Shown here in pieces: positions 27,202-37,387 of a stretch of DNA of 64,000 nucleotides. Origin of the DNA: Candidatus Poribacteria bacterium (GTDB taxonomy: Bacteria > Poribacteria > WGA-4E > WGA-3G); assembly GCA_965197475.1 (NCBI GenBank), contig CBDANF010000003.1:3968001-4032000 (forward strand), written 5' to 3'. Under the pieces are notes generated by a model. That model worked only from the letters and a program-made list of their open reading frames with translations, had not been told where the DNA came from and ran no database searches. The position numbers and the translations under genes were made by a program. How positions within the stretch are numbered: the stretch's first letter is position 1; each line of letters starts with the position of its first letter.

Positions 27202-28224
27202 CTATGATGTGATGCCGAGGTATTTGTCCCTGCCCTTAACGAGTGCCTCTATTTTTCTGTCAACCACAGAACGTTGAAGCATCCAAAATCCGCAGTCCGG
27301 ATGTACCCAACCAACCCGTCCTGCACCCAACACCTGTTCCGCTTTTTCTATACTAGCTGCGACATCATCTGGTGTTTCAACAGGGTTCACTTTAACATCA
27401 ATTACGCCTATACCGAGACGGATATTTGAGGATACGTCCTTGAGTGCCTCAAGATCAGCATCTGGACGATGTTCCAACTCCAATACCAGATGGTCACACC
27501 GAAGCGTATTCAAGAAGTCAATAAGAGCTTCCCAATTCCCTTTCTGTATCACTTGTCCGCCATAGTTGCCAAAGCAGAAATGAACCGCCTTTTCTCCTTC
27601 AAACGCATCAAGGACTATATTTATCGCCTCAGCTGCACGAGGTCCGTCTTCAGGATTTCCCGGTATATTTGCTTCATCAATTTGAAGGTATGCACAATTG
27701 AGTTCTCGTACCTGAGCGGATAATACTTCTGCCAACGCGTATAACAATTCGTCAAAGTCCCCGTAATATTTATCCAGCAATGTCCGGGCAAGCATATAAG
27801 GACTTGTTACCGTAAACTTAAGATTTCTGCCAGCGACACTCACAGTCCGCTCACAATCGGAAATAAGGTTTAGTGTGCCTTCCCCTAATGCGTTTTCAAC
27901 GACCCCAGCAGGTTTCGCTCGAAACGACATCGTTTGCATCTGCCTGAACTCGTGCCATTCCTGCCGTCCTACCTCTGCCCTTACACCTGAAAGCGGATGG
28001 ATAAAATAGTCAATCATCCCATTCGTATCAGGATGATTCACATCAAAGCGATATAGTTCACCATCAGTTGGTAAGTCAATGCCATGTTGCCGCTGAGTAT
28101 CTACTACAACACGCGTTGCGTCAATCAGAGCTTGTTCCGTAGGCATTGTGTGAAGCCACGATGGAACTGGATAAGACCCCACTGTTGTTGTCAAAATGTC
28201 CAACTTTTTCGTTGGTTCTTCCAC
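27202..28224 (-). CDS. Cobalamin-independent methionine synthase II family (single-domain MetE-like)
   Basis: TTTVGSYP, TDGE, QIDE, HFCFGN and HPDCG zinc ligands; GTG start after AGGGG. Confidence 0.88.
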   Translation of the reverse strand: MEEPTKKLDILTTTVGSYPVPSWLHTMPTEQALIDATRVVVDTQRQHGIDLPTDGELYRFDVNHPDTNGMIDYFIHPLSGVRAEVGRQEWHEFRQMQTMSFRAKPAGVVENALGEGTLNLISDCERTVSVAGRNLKFTVTSPYMLARTLLDKYYGDFDELLYALAEVLSAQVRELNCAYLQIDEANIPGNPEDGPRAAEAINIVLDAFEGEKAVHFCFGNYGGQVIQKGNWEALIDFLNTLRCDHLVLELEHRPDADLEALKDVSSNIRLGIGVIDVKVNPVETPDDVAASIEKAEQVLGAGRVGWVHPDCGFWMLQRSVVDRKIEALVKGRDKYLGITS

Positions 28225-28246
28225 TTTACGGACCCCTTTTCTGAGT

Positions 28247-29251
28247 CTACTTATTTTTGAGTTCAAAGGATTCAAGCTCAAAGGTTGTTTCGACCGGAAC
28301 ATCGCCCCGGGTTTGTGTTTGCGTAAATTTAATGAGTCCTACATCTGGTGCAACCCATTTTTGGACAATAGTAGTGTCAAGAGAGAAATCTAAAACTTTC
28401 GGATCATATACCCAGTGAAATGATTCTTGAACCGCAAAAACGTTATTAAAAGTTCCCGCAGGTACAGTGATGGTTTCTTCAGAAAGCACCTCAAATTCGT
28501 CAACGCCGCTATCCAATGGAAAAAGTTCAGGGACTAATTTTGCCTCAAAATTTACCCGCCATTTCTGACCTGGGATGAGTGGGAATTGATACAGAGGGAG
28601 AAACGGAACAAACATCATTGTGTCCTCTGAGCCGGGCGTAATAGTTGTAGCATGCTGAACAATGGCAGATATTTTCCCATTTTCGTTAAAGCTGTGACCG
28701 AGATAGGAATAGTCCACAATGTTCTCCAGACCTTCCGCCGAGTTCGATTTTTGAAGAACAAAACTTTCGACAGTTTCCCCACCTTTCAATTGAATTTGTA
28801 TCGTATCTACGATTTCAAAGGTGACTTGGGTGCCTTCTGCATCGCGATATCGCCAGATATTCCCTACTGCTAACGGATAATAGTTACCTGGTCGTTCCCG
28901 CCATACTTGGATATCAAGTGTGCTGGTGGTAGACTTTTCACCATCACTAACAGTCACCTGAATATGGTATTTTCGTTCAGTTTCAGGTGCGTTCCAGATT
29001 GCGCCAGAGGCATCTCCCTCTATTTCTCCATCGGTTGCATACCAAGAATATGTCAAAATATTATTCTCAAGGTCATTAGCTATTAGCCGAATAGGTACTT
29101 GTGCTCCCGGTGCAACTATCTCCGATTCTGCTTCAAACACTGAAATCACCGGTGCCAGGTTTTTATTTAATGTTTCATCGCTGCCACAACCAATTGCAAC
29201 GGTGATTAAGAAAAAACAGAGAAAATGCCAGACACAATCTACACGTTTCAT
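28247..29251 (-). CDS. Lipoprotein with Ig/PKD-like domain and YYPLxxGNxWxY beta-domain
   Basis: Lipobox AIGC; NLAPVI...YSW...VTVSDG; ITVPAGTF...WVAPDVGLIK. Confidence 0.75.
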   Translation of the reverse strand: MKRVDCVWHFLCFFLITVAIGCGSDETLNKNLAPVISVFEAESEIVAPGAQVPIRLIANDLENNILTYSWYATDGEIEGDASGAIWNAPETERKYHIQVTVSDGEKSTTSTLDIQVWRERPGNYYPLAVGNIWRYRDAEGTQVTFEIVDTIQIQLKGGETVESFVLQKSNSAEGLENIVDYSYLGHSFNENGKISAIVQHATTITPGSEDTMMFVPFLPLYQFPLIPGQKWRVNFEAKLVPELFPLDSGVDEFEVLSEETITVPAGTFNNVFAVQESFHWVYDPKVLDFSLDTTIVQKWVAPDVGLIKFTQTQTRGDVPVETTFELESFELKNK

Positions 29252-29988
29252 GAGTCAAACTCCTTACCGCGTAACACCTCACGCGATTGCGATGTTCCGT
29301 TTCCGGTAACATTATAGGCAAATGTATTCATTAACCTATCCTTTTTTGAGACGTTAGGTGCGGAACCGTGTATTATGAGAGCGTTAAAAAAGACACCGTC
29401 TCCCGGTTCCATTTCTACAGCAACAGCATCTTCCCGTTCCTGATAGTGTCCCGGTAGGAAAACACCGAACGTTTGATGCTTACGCTCGTGCTCCTGCAGA
29501 CCCCAATTATGGCTGCCTGGTACAAACTGAATACATCCATTCTCAAGGTTTGCTTCATTGATAGCCAATTGACAATTAATCATCACAGGCTTGTTGTGAT
29601 CATTTTTCCAATAGGCATAATCTTGGTGCCATGGAATAGCTGTTCCATCACCGCCAGCCTTCGGAAGGAGTTTGCTGTGATATAACGAGATATCAGGTCC
29701 CATCGTCGCTTCCAGCACATCAAGAACCGCATTGGAACGTAGGAGTTTATTAAGTGTCGGACTTACCAACTCACTATGCATTAACTGCTTTATAAGCGGT
29801 GGATGATCGGGATCATCGTATACTTCCCACGAAATCCCTATACCGTCAGTAGGTTGTTCAGCCATACGGTTATGAATATCGTCAACTTCCACCAAAATTT
29901 GCGAGATGTCTTCTGAGGAAACAAGTCCTTTTATCAGAAGATAACCATTTGCCTCATAAAATTGTTTTTCGTTATCTGTGATTCCCAT
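29248..29988 (-). CDS. Phytanoyl-CoA dioxygenase (PhyH) family Fe/2OG oxygenase
   Basis: YEANGY, WHQD, VPGSH, IHGS. Confidence 0.9.
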   Translation of the reverse strand: MGITDNEKQFYEANGYLLIKGLVSSEDISQILVEVDDIHNRMAEQPTDGIGISWEVYDDPDHPPLIKQLMHSELVSPTLNKLLRSNAVLDVLEATMGPDISLYHSKLLPKAGGDGTAIPWHQDYAYWKNDHNKPVMINCQLAINEANLENGCIQFVPGSHNWGLQEHERKHQTFGVFLPGHYQEREDAVAVEMEPGDGVFFNALIIHGSAPNVSKKDRLMNTFAYNVTGNGTSQSREVLRGKEFDS

Positions 29989-30236
29989 GTTTAAGTCCTT
30001 TTGAAAATAAGATTTGTAGTGAATTATAAACCAAATTTTCAAAAAAAATCAAGGTACTTCAATCTAAATTTAGAAGCAGTGTTGCATTGTTGACGATATT
30101 CCAATCTAATACGACAAGTATGCAAAAAACTTAATGCCACTACTAATTTGAACTATATTTCTAAACGAATTGCAACGGAAAATAGTTTACTTCTGTTGCG
30201 AATGCTGCTACAATACCGATATATGTTTTAAATTAA

Positions 30237-30602
30237 ATGGACGACCTAATGGACTACACACTCGAAAATTGCCAAAAAGTAGTAGACGACTGGATTAATA
30301 CTCTTGGCGTGCGTTATTTTTCAGAATTAACCAATACAGCCATTCTCATGGAAGAGGTAGGCGAGTTAGCCAGGATAATGGCACGCCAATACGGTGAACA
30401 GAGTTTTAAAGAAAATGAGATGGATTTGGAATTGGCAGAGGAAATGGCAGATATTTTGTTTGTCCTCCTATGTTTGGCAAATCAAACGGGAATTCAGCTT
30501 GAAGACGCTTTCAAAGAATCAATGATAAAAAGATCCAAACGCGATAAAGAACGCCACGCCAAAAATCCGAAACTTCAAAAGGAACATGGAGATACAAAAT
30601 AA
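30237..30602 (+). CDS. MazG-like nucleotide pyrophosphohydrolase (YpjD-like)
   Basis: EEVGELAR...YGEQSFK...EEMADILFVLLCLAN. Confidence 0.9.
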   Translation: MDDLMDYTLENCQKVVDDWINTLGVRYFSELTNTAILMEEVGELARIMARQYGEQSFKENEMDLELAEEMADILFVLLCLANQTGIQLEDAFKESMIKRSKRDKERHAKNPKLQKEHGDTK

Positions 30603-33382
30603 TGTTTCGTAGATGTCTTCAGCTATTAGTGTTAAGCCTCCTTTTTGCCTTTGGTGGTTGCGCTATATTTCCAAAAACACAATCTAGTTCACCTATGATT
30701 GTTGACCCGCTGATTGAACGAAATCAGCAATGGCGCGAACACACAAAGACAGGTAATACCGCCCTACAACAAGGTCATCTACGAGATGCGCTTACTGCAT
30801 ATCAAGCCGCTATAAAAGTTCGTCCGAATTCAAGCGGAATACAGTATAAAATCGCCGAGATTTACTTCCAACTTGAAGAATATGAAAAAGCAAGAGACGC
30901 ATTTGTAGCTTTCTTGGCACTTGAGCCAAACCACATCTCCGCGCTTAACTACGGAGGATACATTTTTGAAAAACTGAGGGATTACGGAAATGCGGCGCAA
31001 TATTATGAACGAGTTCTGAGCATCTCTGAAGATGAACTTTATGCGTTAAATCATCTCGGTTTAGCGTATAAACAGTTAAACCGAGATGATGACGCTGAGT
31101 CTGTACTTCGCAGAGCATTGGCTCTCGATCCAAAATGTGAACGTCCAGAATCCGAAAATTTGCATAATTACTTGGGATTAATTTATTTGGAGCGAGGCGA
31201 AGTCGGTGAAGCAATCGCAGAACTACGTGAATCAATTCGGTTGTTTCCGCATGATGTGTGGGCAAGGCAACAACTTGCTTCAATATATGAGGACCACCAA
31301 CGTTATTTTGAAGCACAACTGCAATATCAGCAGCTTTTACAAATTGCCCCTGACAATCTATTTGCTGTGTCAAGGTTGCAAGCATTGGCACAATTGAACC
31401 CTACGCAGGTTGAGATTGCAACAGTTTCTCCCGTTCCCATTCTCAATCCTGACGTTTCCCAAATTATCGAAAATGCGCCTACCTCAAGTGACTATCCGGA
31501 CGCTGATGTCATTATTTTATTCAACCATTTCAGCCATGATGTTTTGCCGACTGGACAGTCGCGTTACACTACGCATCAAGTTGTGAAACTTTTAACTGAA
31601 AGAGGAATACAGAAATACGGGGATATCGCTATTCCATACCAACCGAATTCGCAAAATATTGAGGTTAACATTGCGCGGACGATCGCACCTGATGACACGG
31701 TGCATCTGCCACCCGATGAAGCATTCAACAATGTAACACCACCTGGGTTATTATCTCGGAATCTTTATTCCGATATGATGTGGCGTGTAATTTCTATGGT
31801 AGGGTTAGCACCGGGGGTCTGTATTGAATACCAGGTGACACTTGAAGATAAATTTGAACGTGTGACTGGCAGCGAAACTTGGATTACGGGTGGATTTAAC
31901 TTTCAATCCTCAGAAGCAACGCTTGAAACAACTTATGCGCTCAGGATGCCACAAGATTGGTACCTCCAATGGAAAGTTGAAAACTTTGAGATTGAACCAG
32001 AGGTATCATACCAAGAAAATGGAATTGTTTTATATATTTGGCGATCCGGCAAAATGCCAGCACTGAAGTTAGAAGACGGTATGCCCCATGTCAACGACAT
32101 CGCAGCGCGGTTAAGTTATTCCTCAATTCCATCTTGGGATGATGTATACAAGTGGTATAAAAACCTCGCAAAAGGACGCTACGCGCCTGACCAGCACTTA
32201 CAGGAAACTGTTGAAAAACTCACAGAAAATCTAACTACTGACGAGGCGATGATTCGGACTATTTACCATTATGTCGCAAAACACATCCGCTACGTTGGTA
32301 TTGAACTTGGACAGAGCGCATATCAGCCTTCGCCTGCTGCCGAAGTTCTCAAAAAGCAATATGGAGATTGCAAGGATAAAACGACCCTTCTCATTTCAAT
32401 GCTTGACCTTGTCGGTATAAAAGCGTATCCGGTTATGCTTAGCACCTCACCATATCAGAGAGTTGATACTGCTTTGCCATCCCTAAGTCAGTTTAACCAT
32501 ATGATCGCCGCTATTCCTGCGGGTAATGACAACTATATATGGTTGGATGCAACATCCGAAACCTGTAGTTATGGTAATTTGCCCTATATTGACCAAGGGC
32601 GAGTAGGATTTTTCATAGGCGATATGCGTGGCACTTTTGTTGATATACCTGTTTATCCGGCAGAGTCTAACAAACTCGTGTCAACAACGGAATTGTGGTT
32701 AAGTAGAAAAGGGGATGTACATGGAGAAATTCGAATCCACATGACTGGTCAATACAACTTGGATGCTCGTTGGACATATAAGCAGATTCTCCCTACTGAA
32801 TGGAAAAATACGCTTGCTGCAGAACTGAGCCAGCAAATTCCGAACATTCATGTGGATTCTGTCAACATCTCCGAGTTAGGCGATCTTGACTTACCGGTCG
32901 AAATAGCACTCAAGTTCCATGTTGAAAATTATGCAATTCATTTAAATAAACAAATACTCCTGCCGTTGCCAATTGATGAGTTTGCGGACTATGCAGAAAT
33001 TGTTGCCGCATCAGAACGGACGTATCCACTTGACCTAAGTTATCCCATGAAACTTGAGAAAATAATTCAGATTCACTTGCCAGATGGATGGACTGCTGTG
33101 TTACCACCTGATTTTCAACAAACCACAAGTTTTGCAGCAATGGAAAGGCGGTACACCCAACATGGAGGCTTAGTTAGTTATTTCCTTAGTTTTACATTAA
33201 AACAACGGGCGATCCCTGTCAAGGCTTACGCAGATGCAAAACAATTATTTAATCGACTTGCAAGTGAGGACGGTAGCCGCTTACTACTGAATACGGGAAG
33301 TAGTAGTGCTTCCTCCTCAACCCATCGCAAAACTCTTGGTGATCGGAGTACAAATTTAGAGCAGTCCAAAACGAGAAAATAA
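30602..33382 (+). CDS. Lipoprotein with TPR repeats, DUF3857 and transglutaminase-like domain
   Basis: Lipobox FGGC; several TPRs; IRYVGIELG; GDCKDK (Cys), FNH (His), WLD (Asp) triad. Confidence 0.88.
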   Translation: MFRRCLQLLVLSLLFAFGGCAIFPKTQSSSPMIVDPLIERNQQWREHTKTGNTALQQGHLRDALTAYQAAIKVRPNSSGIQYKIAEIYFQLEEYEKARDAFVAFLALEPNHISALNYGGYIFEKLRDYGNAAQYYERVLSISEDELYALNHLGLAYKQLNRDDDAESVLRRALALDPKCERPESENLHNYLGLIYLERGEVGEAIAELRESIRLFPHDVWARQQLASIYEDHQRYFEAQLQYQQLLQIAPDNLFAVSRLQALAQLNPTQVEIATVSPVPILNPDVSQIIENAPTSSDYPDADVIILFNHFSHDVLPTGQSRYTTHQVVKLLTERGIQKYGDIAIPYQPNSQNIEVNIARTIAPDDTVHLPPDEAFNNVTPPGLLSRNLYSDMMWRVISMVGLAPGVCIEYQVTLEDKFERVTGSETWITGGFNFQSSEATLETTYALRMPQDWYLQWKVENFEIEPEVSYQENGIVLYIWRSGKMPALKLEDGMPHVNDIAARLSYSSIPSWDDVYKWYKNLAKGRYAPDQHLQETVEKLTENLTTDEAMIRTIYHYVAKHIRYVGIELGQSAYQPSPAAEVLKKQYGDCKDKTTLLISMLDLVGIKAYPVMLSTSPYQRVDTALPSLSQFNHMIAAIPAGNDNYIWLDATSETCSYGNLPYIDQGRVGFFIGDMRGTFVDIPVYPAESNKLVSTTELWLSRKGDVHGEIRIHMTGQYNLDARWTYKQILPTEWKNTLAAELSQQIPNIHVDSVNISELGDLDLPVEIALKFHVENYAIHLNKQILLPLPIDEFADYAEIVAASERTYPLDLSYPMKLEKIIQIHLPDGWTAVLPPDFQQTTSFAAMERRYTQHGGLVSYFLSFTLKQRAIPVKAYADAKQLFNRLASEDGSRLLLNTGSSSASSSTHRKTLGDRSTNLEQSKTRK

Positions 33383-33506
33383 ATATTAAAGATGCATACG
33401 GCAATTCTATCACTGACGATGCCAGAAAGCATGTTGAATTCGGCAATCTTTTTATAACAAATCCAGAAATATGTTGATAATTACTTTCAAAAGAGGTGTC
33501 TATTTT

Positions 33507-35111
33507 ATGAGTGAAAACAAAAACCCTAATATAGTTCTTATTTTGAATGATGATATGGGCTTTTCAGACTTAGGGTGCTATGGCGGAGAAGTTCATACTC
33601 CGAATTTAGACCGACTCGCCGCGGGTGGACTTCGGTTCACACAGTTCTATAATACCGCAAGGTGTTGTCCTTCTCGTGCTTCAATGCTTACCGGCCTTCA
33701 CCCACATCAAACCGGTGTAGGGCACATGATGGGCGACGACGGCTTGGATGGTTATCGCGGCGACCTAAATGACCGCTGTATCACAATTGCAGATGCCGTC
33801 CGTTCAGAAGGCTACGGCACTTATATGAGCGGTAAATGGCATATTTCTCGACACACCGGTCCAGACGGTCCCAAACATAGTTGGCCGTGTCAACGTGGTT
33901 TTGATGAATACTATGGAATTATTACGGGTGCAGCCAACTTTTGGAAACCAAACACCTTAACACGAGATAACACGCGGCTTGATAGTGACGAACTTCCAGA
34001 AGGGTATTTCTTTACAGATGCCGTCAGTGATGAGGCGGTGAAATTTATTCAGAATCACCACGATAAGAAAGCTGATAGTCCGTTCTTCACTTACGCGGCA
34101 TATACGGCACCACACTGGCCCCTACATGCACACGAAGAGGACATCGCAGCATACAATGGACGTTTCGCTGCAGGATGGGATGAACTGCGAGAAGAGCGGT
34201 TATCACGGATGCGCGAGATGAAGATTTTGGATGAACCATGGCAACTGACTGCTCGTGATCCGTCACAACGACCGTGGAGTGAGGCACAATATAAGGAGTG
34301 GAACCAACGTCGAATGGAGGTCTATGCTGCCCAAATCACACGCATGGACGCAGGCATTGGACGAATCATTAACACGCTTGAAGAAACAGGACAATTAGAC
34401 AATACGCTGATCCTGTTTTTAGCCGATAACGGCGGTTGTGCGGAAGAACTCGGTGGTCCGCCCGCGAAACGTGATGGCGGTTCACTCATCAGCACGCAGA
34501 CTACCTCTGATGGAAAACCTGTTTATCGTGGTAACGATCCGAGCATTATGCCCGGGCCTGAAACTACCTATCAGAGTTATGGAGTTCCATGGGCAAATCT
34601 GTCTAATACACCGTTCCGTTTATACAAGCATTGGGTGCATGAGGGTGGAATCGCGACTCCGCTGATCGCCCACTGGCCCGATGCTATAAAATCGGCAGGT
34701 GAACTACGCCATCAACCAGGACAACTTCCTGATATGATGGCAACGTGCCTGGAGGTCTCCGGGGCAAGTTACCCTGAAGAACACGATGGTAAGCCGATTT
34801 TGCCTTTAGAAGGAACAAGTTTAGTCCCGATTTTTGATGATAAAGATAACGGTAAAGATGTCCTTCTTTGGGAACATGAAGGCAATTGTGCTGTGCGTCA
34901 AGGGGATTGGAAACTTGTTTGTAGATTCCCTGGAGATTGGGAACTCTATGATTTGCAAGCAGAACGCACAGAAATCGACAATATCGCTGACAAGCATCCG
35001 GAAAAGGTGAAGGAGTTGGATGGTCTGTATCAAGACTGGGCGAACCGCTGCTTTATCTATCCTTGGGATAAACTCGGAGAACATCGTAGGCAACGTCGGC
35101 AACAAAGATAG
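33507..35111 (+). CDS. Arylsulfatase (Cys-type formylglycine)
   Basis: DDMGFSD, CCPSRASMLTG, GKWH, HEGGIATP. Confidence 0.93.
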   Translation: MSENKNPNIVLILNDDMGFSDLGCYGGEVHTPNLDRLAAGGLRFTQFYNTARCCPSRASMLTGLHPHQTGVGHMMGDDGLDGYRGDLNDRCITIADAVRSEGYGTYMSGKWHISRHTGPDGPKHSWPCQRGFDEYYGIITGAANFWKPNTLTRDNTRLDSDELPEGYFFTDAVSDEAVKFIQNHHDKKADSPFFTYAAYTAPHWPLHAHEEDIAAYNGRFAAGWDELREERLSRMREMKILDEPWQLTARDPSQRPWSEAQYKEWNQRRMEVYAAQITRMDAGIGRIINTLEETGQLDNTLILFLADNGGCAEELGGPPAKRDGGSLISTQTTSDGKPVYRGNDPSIMPGPETTYQSYGVPWANLSNTPFRLYKHWVHEGGIATPLIAHWPDAIKSAGELRHQPGQLPDMMATCLEVSGASYPEEHDGKPILPLEGTSLVPIFDDKDNGKDVLLWEHEGNCAVRQGDWKLVCRFPGDWELYDLQAERTEIDNIADKHPEKVKELDGLYQDWANRCFIYPWDKLGEHRRQRRQQR

Positions 35112-35297
35112 GATATTTGTGCAATAGCAAGTTTTGGAAACAACACAATCGGAAGAAACAGGTGGATATGAAAACGCAATAAGTAATTTTGGGCTTGAAA
35201 ACCCTTTAAAAAACGCCTGAAAATTAGTTTGAAAAAAGTGTCATGAACCCTTATATTTATTGATTTTTCTTAATTTCACTTGTCAAAAAATGGTATA

Positions 35298-35385
35298 ATA
35301 CCAAATTAACGGGATTAGTCTTTTTTTGGGGTAGACAGCGTGCTTACAAAGCGCGACTACAAGTTGAATCAAGTTAATTTGGTAT
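35298..35385. repeat. 88-bp MITE-like unit with 13-bp perfect terminal inverted repeats enclosing a REP-like hairpin
   Basis: ATACCAAATTAAC...GTTAATTTGGTAT; inner gacagcgtgcttacaaagcgcgactac. Confidence 0.7.
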
Positions 35386-35400
35386 AAGAGGTAAAATCTT

Positions 35401-36160
35401 ATGAATTTTGCATTTGTATCTATGGAATATCAAGAGCTCGGATTCCCACTGAAAAATGAAAATGCGTTGGTGATATTAAATGAGGACAACCAACCTTCAT
35501 ACGTAGCACACGAGGGAGTGTTTAAACAACTTGGCAAATGGTTTCTACAGGGTTTGAAAGACGCAAAGAAATAATCAATAACCCTGAATACGCAGAATTA
35601 CTTAGTGACCCTAAATACAGGGATTTACATTTCCGACCTGACGCATGTGCAAAAATAATTAGCGGTTCTCAACATAGTAATCTACATTTAAACTACGAGT
35701 CATGGCAGGCGAGCACATCTTTTAGTGAAAACGTGGAATTATACAAGCCTATATCCGTTTCCCCATTTGAGAACCCTCAACAAAAATTAGTATTTGCCGA
35801 TATTACGGTATATGCTGGTGATATGTATAAACTAATCCCGGTAATTATGCAAGCAAAGAACCAGTCCGTAACAAATCTGCTCTCGTATGCATTAACGCAG
35901 AATCTAAAATCATTTTTGTCGCACAAGCCCGTAAATTTAGAAAAGTATCTCCCGAAGAACTTGTTTTGCATAAACTTCCCCAAACCGAAGATAACCTTGC
36001 ATATAAAACATACTCATTCACCAAAAATATTGAATTTGACCACCTTAATTGGTCATGGAGAATACCATCAAAAATGTATAACCCATTTCAAAAACCTAAA
36101 GTATGTCCTTAAAATCCAAGTCCAAAACTACTTATTGCGTATGAAAATATCCCTCCGTTT
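35401..36160 (+). pseudogene. AT-rich hypothetical gene, probably frameshifted (short ORF from 35401 overlaps ORF 35538)
   Basis: RBS GAGG before ATG 35401; second frame open from 35538 and running into the convergent gene; no family recognised. Confidence 0.3.
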
Positions 36161-36166
36161 CTTTTG

Positions 36167-37264
36167 TTATGCACTGCATGCAAGCATTTTTAAGCAGACT
36201 GGGTTTGGCACTTCTGCAATATTACCTGTTTCAGTCAGTTTACCGGTATCCGCATCAACCGCAAACGTGGCAATCGAATTTGTTGATTGATTGGCAGCCA
36301 AAAGGAAAGTGCCGGCAGGATTCAAACCGAAGTTGCGTGGTGTTTGTCCTTGCGTCGATTCACAGTCAATGTAAGTAAGCATTCCAGTTTCTTCATCAAT
36401 TGAGCAGATGACTATACTATCATGCCCACGATTAGACCCGTATAGAAATTTTCCGGAAGGATGGACGTGAACATCAGCACAGTGGCTGGTACCATCAAAG
36501 TCTTCGGGTAGCGTTGAAATTGTTTGAATTTCAGTGAGTGTTCCCGTGCTTGCGTCATACTGAAATGCGGTGAAAGTAGAATCCAATTCATTAATCACAT
36601 ACACGTATTTACCGTTTGGATGAAAATCAAGGTGGCGTGGACCTGCACCCGGATGTACTTGAGCCCACGGCTGTGTGTTAGGAATGAGTTTTCCATCTTC
36701 CAGATTCAGCTGATAGATAAGGATTTTATCAAGTCCGAGGTCAGGTGCAAAGGCGAAACGATTGTCGGAATCAATCATAATAGCATGTGCATGGGGTTCA
36801 GATTGACGTCTCGGATTGACGCTGGAGCCGCTGTGTTGAACGAAATCAGATGCTTCACCGAGTCTTCCATCTTTCCCAATAGGTAACGCAGCAACACTTC
36901 CTCCACCGTAATTTGCCACAAGCAGATATTTGCCCGTAGCATCTACACTTACGTGACAAGGTGCTCCGCCACCCGTAGCTCGCTGGTTAAGGAAACTGAT
37001 CTCTCCCGTACTCCGATGGATGTAAAATGCTGTGACTGCCCCGCTTGCTTTACCATTAAATTCACCGATCTCATTTACTGAGTAAAGATAACGACCACTT
37101 GGATGAATATCCAAAAACGAAGGATTTTCTACGCCTGTTATCTTACTGGAATATTCTAATGCACCGGTCTCACTATCTAAGCGATAGACGTAGATTCCTT
37201 CGCTATCTCCATGTGTATAGGTGCCAATGTATACATAATAGTCTTGATTTTTTTCTTGAGCCAT
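36167..37264 (-). CDS. pgl: Lactonase family beta-propeller (6-phosphogluconolactonase type)
   Basis: YIGTYT, NPSFL, VANYGGGS, GAGPRH, SNRGHDSI, TPRNF. Confidence 0.88.
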   Translation of the reverse strand: MAQEKNQDYYVYIGTYTHGDSEGIYVYRLDSETGALEYSSKITGVENPSFLDIHPSGRYLYSVNEIGEFNGKASGAVTAFYIHRSTGEISFLNQRATGGGAPCHVSVDATGKYLLVANYGGGSVAALPIGKDGRLGEASDFVQHSGSSVNPRRQSEPHAHAIMIDSDNRFAFAPDLGLDKILIYQLNLEDGKLIPNTQPWAQVHPGAGPRHLDFHPNGKYVYVINELDSTFTAFQYDASTGTLTEIQTISTLPEDFDGTSHCADVHVHPSGKFLYGSNRGHDSIVICSIDEETGMLTYIDCESTQGQTPRNFGLNPAGTFLLAANQSTNSIATFAVDADTGKLTETGNIAEVPNPVCLKMLACSA

Positions 37265-37292
37265 TGTTAATCTTCTCCTTATTGGGTAGCAC

Positions 37293-37380
37293 TATGGTAA
37301 ACTATAATTACTTAACACGATTGACAGCGCGCTTACAAAGCTCGCCTACAAGGAATTGTATATGTTTTAGATTTACTATA
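37293..37380. repeat. MITE-like unit (TATRGTAAA ends) enclosing a REP-like hairpin
   Basis: tatggtaaacta...tagatttactata; inner gacagcgcgcttacaaagctcgcctac similar to the 35334 copy. Confidence 0.6.
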
Positions 37381-37387
37381 ATTCTAT

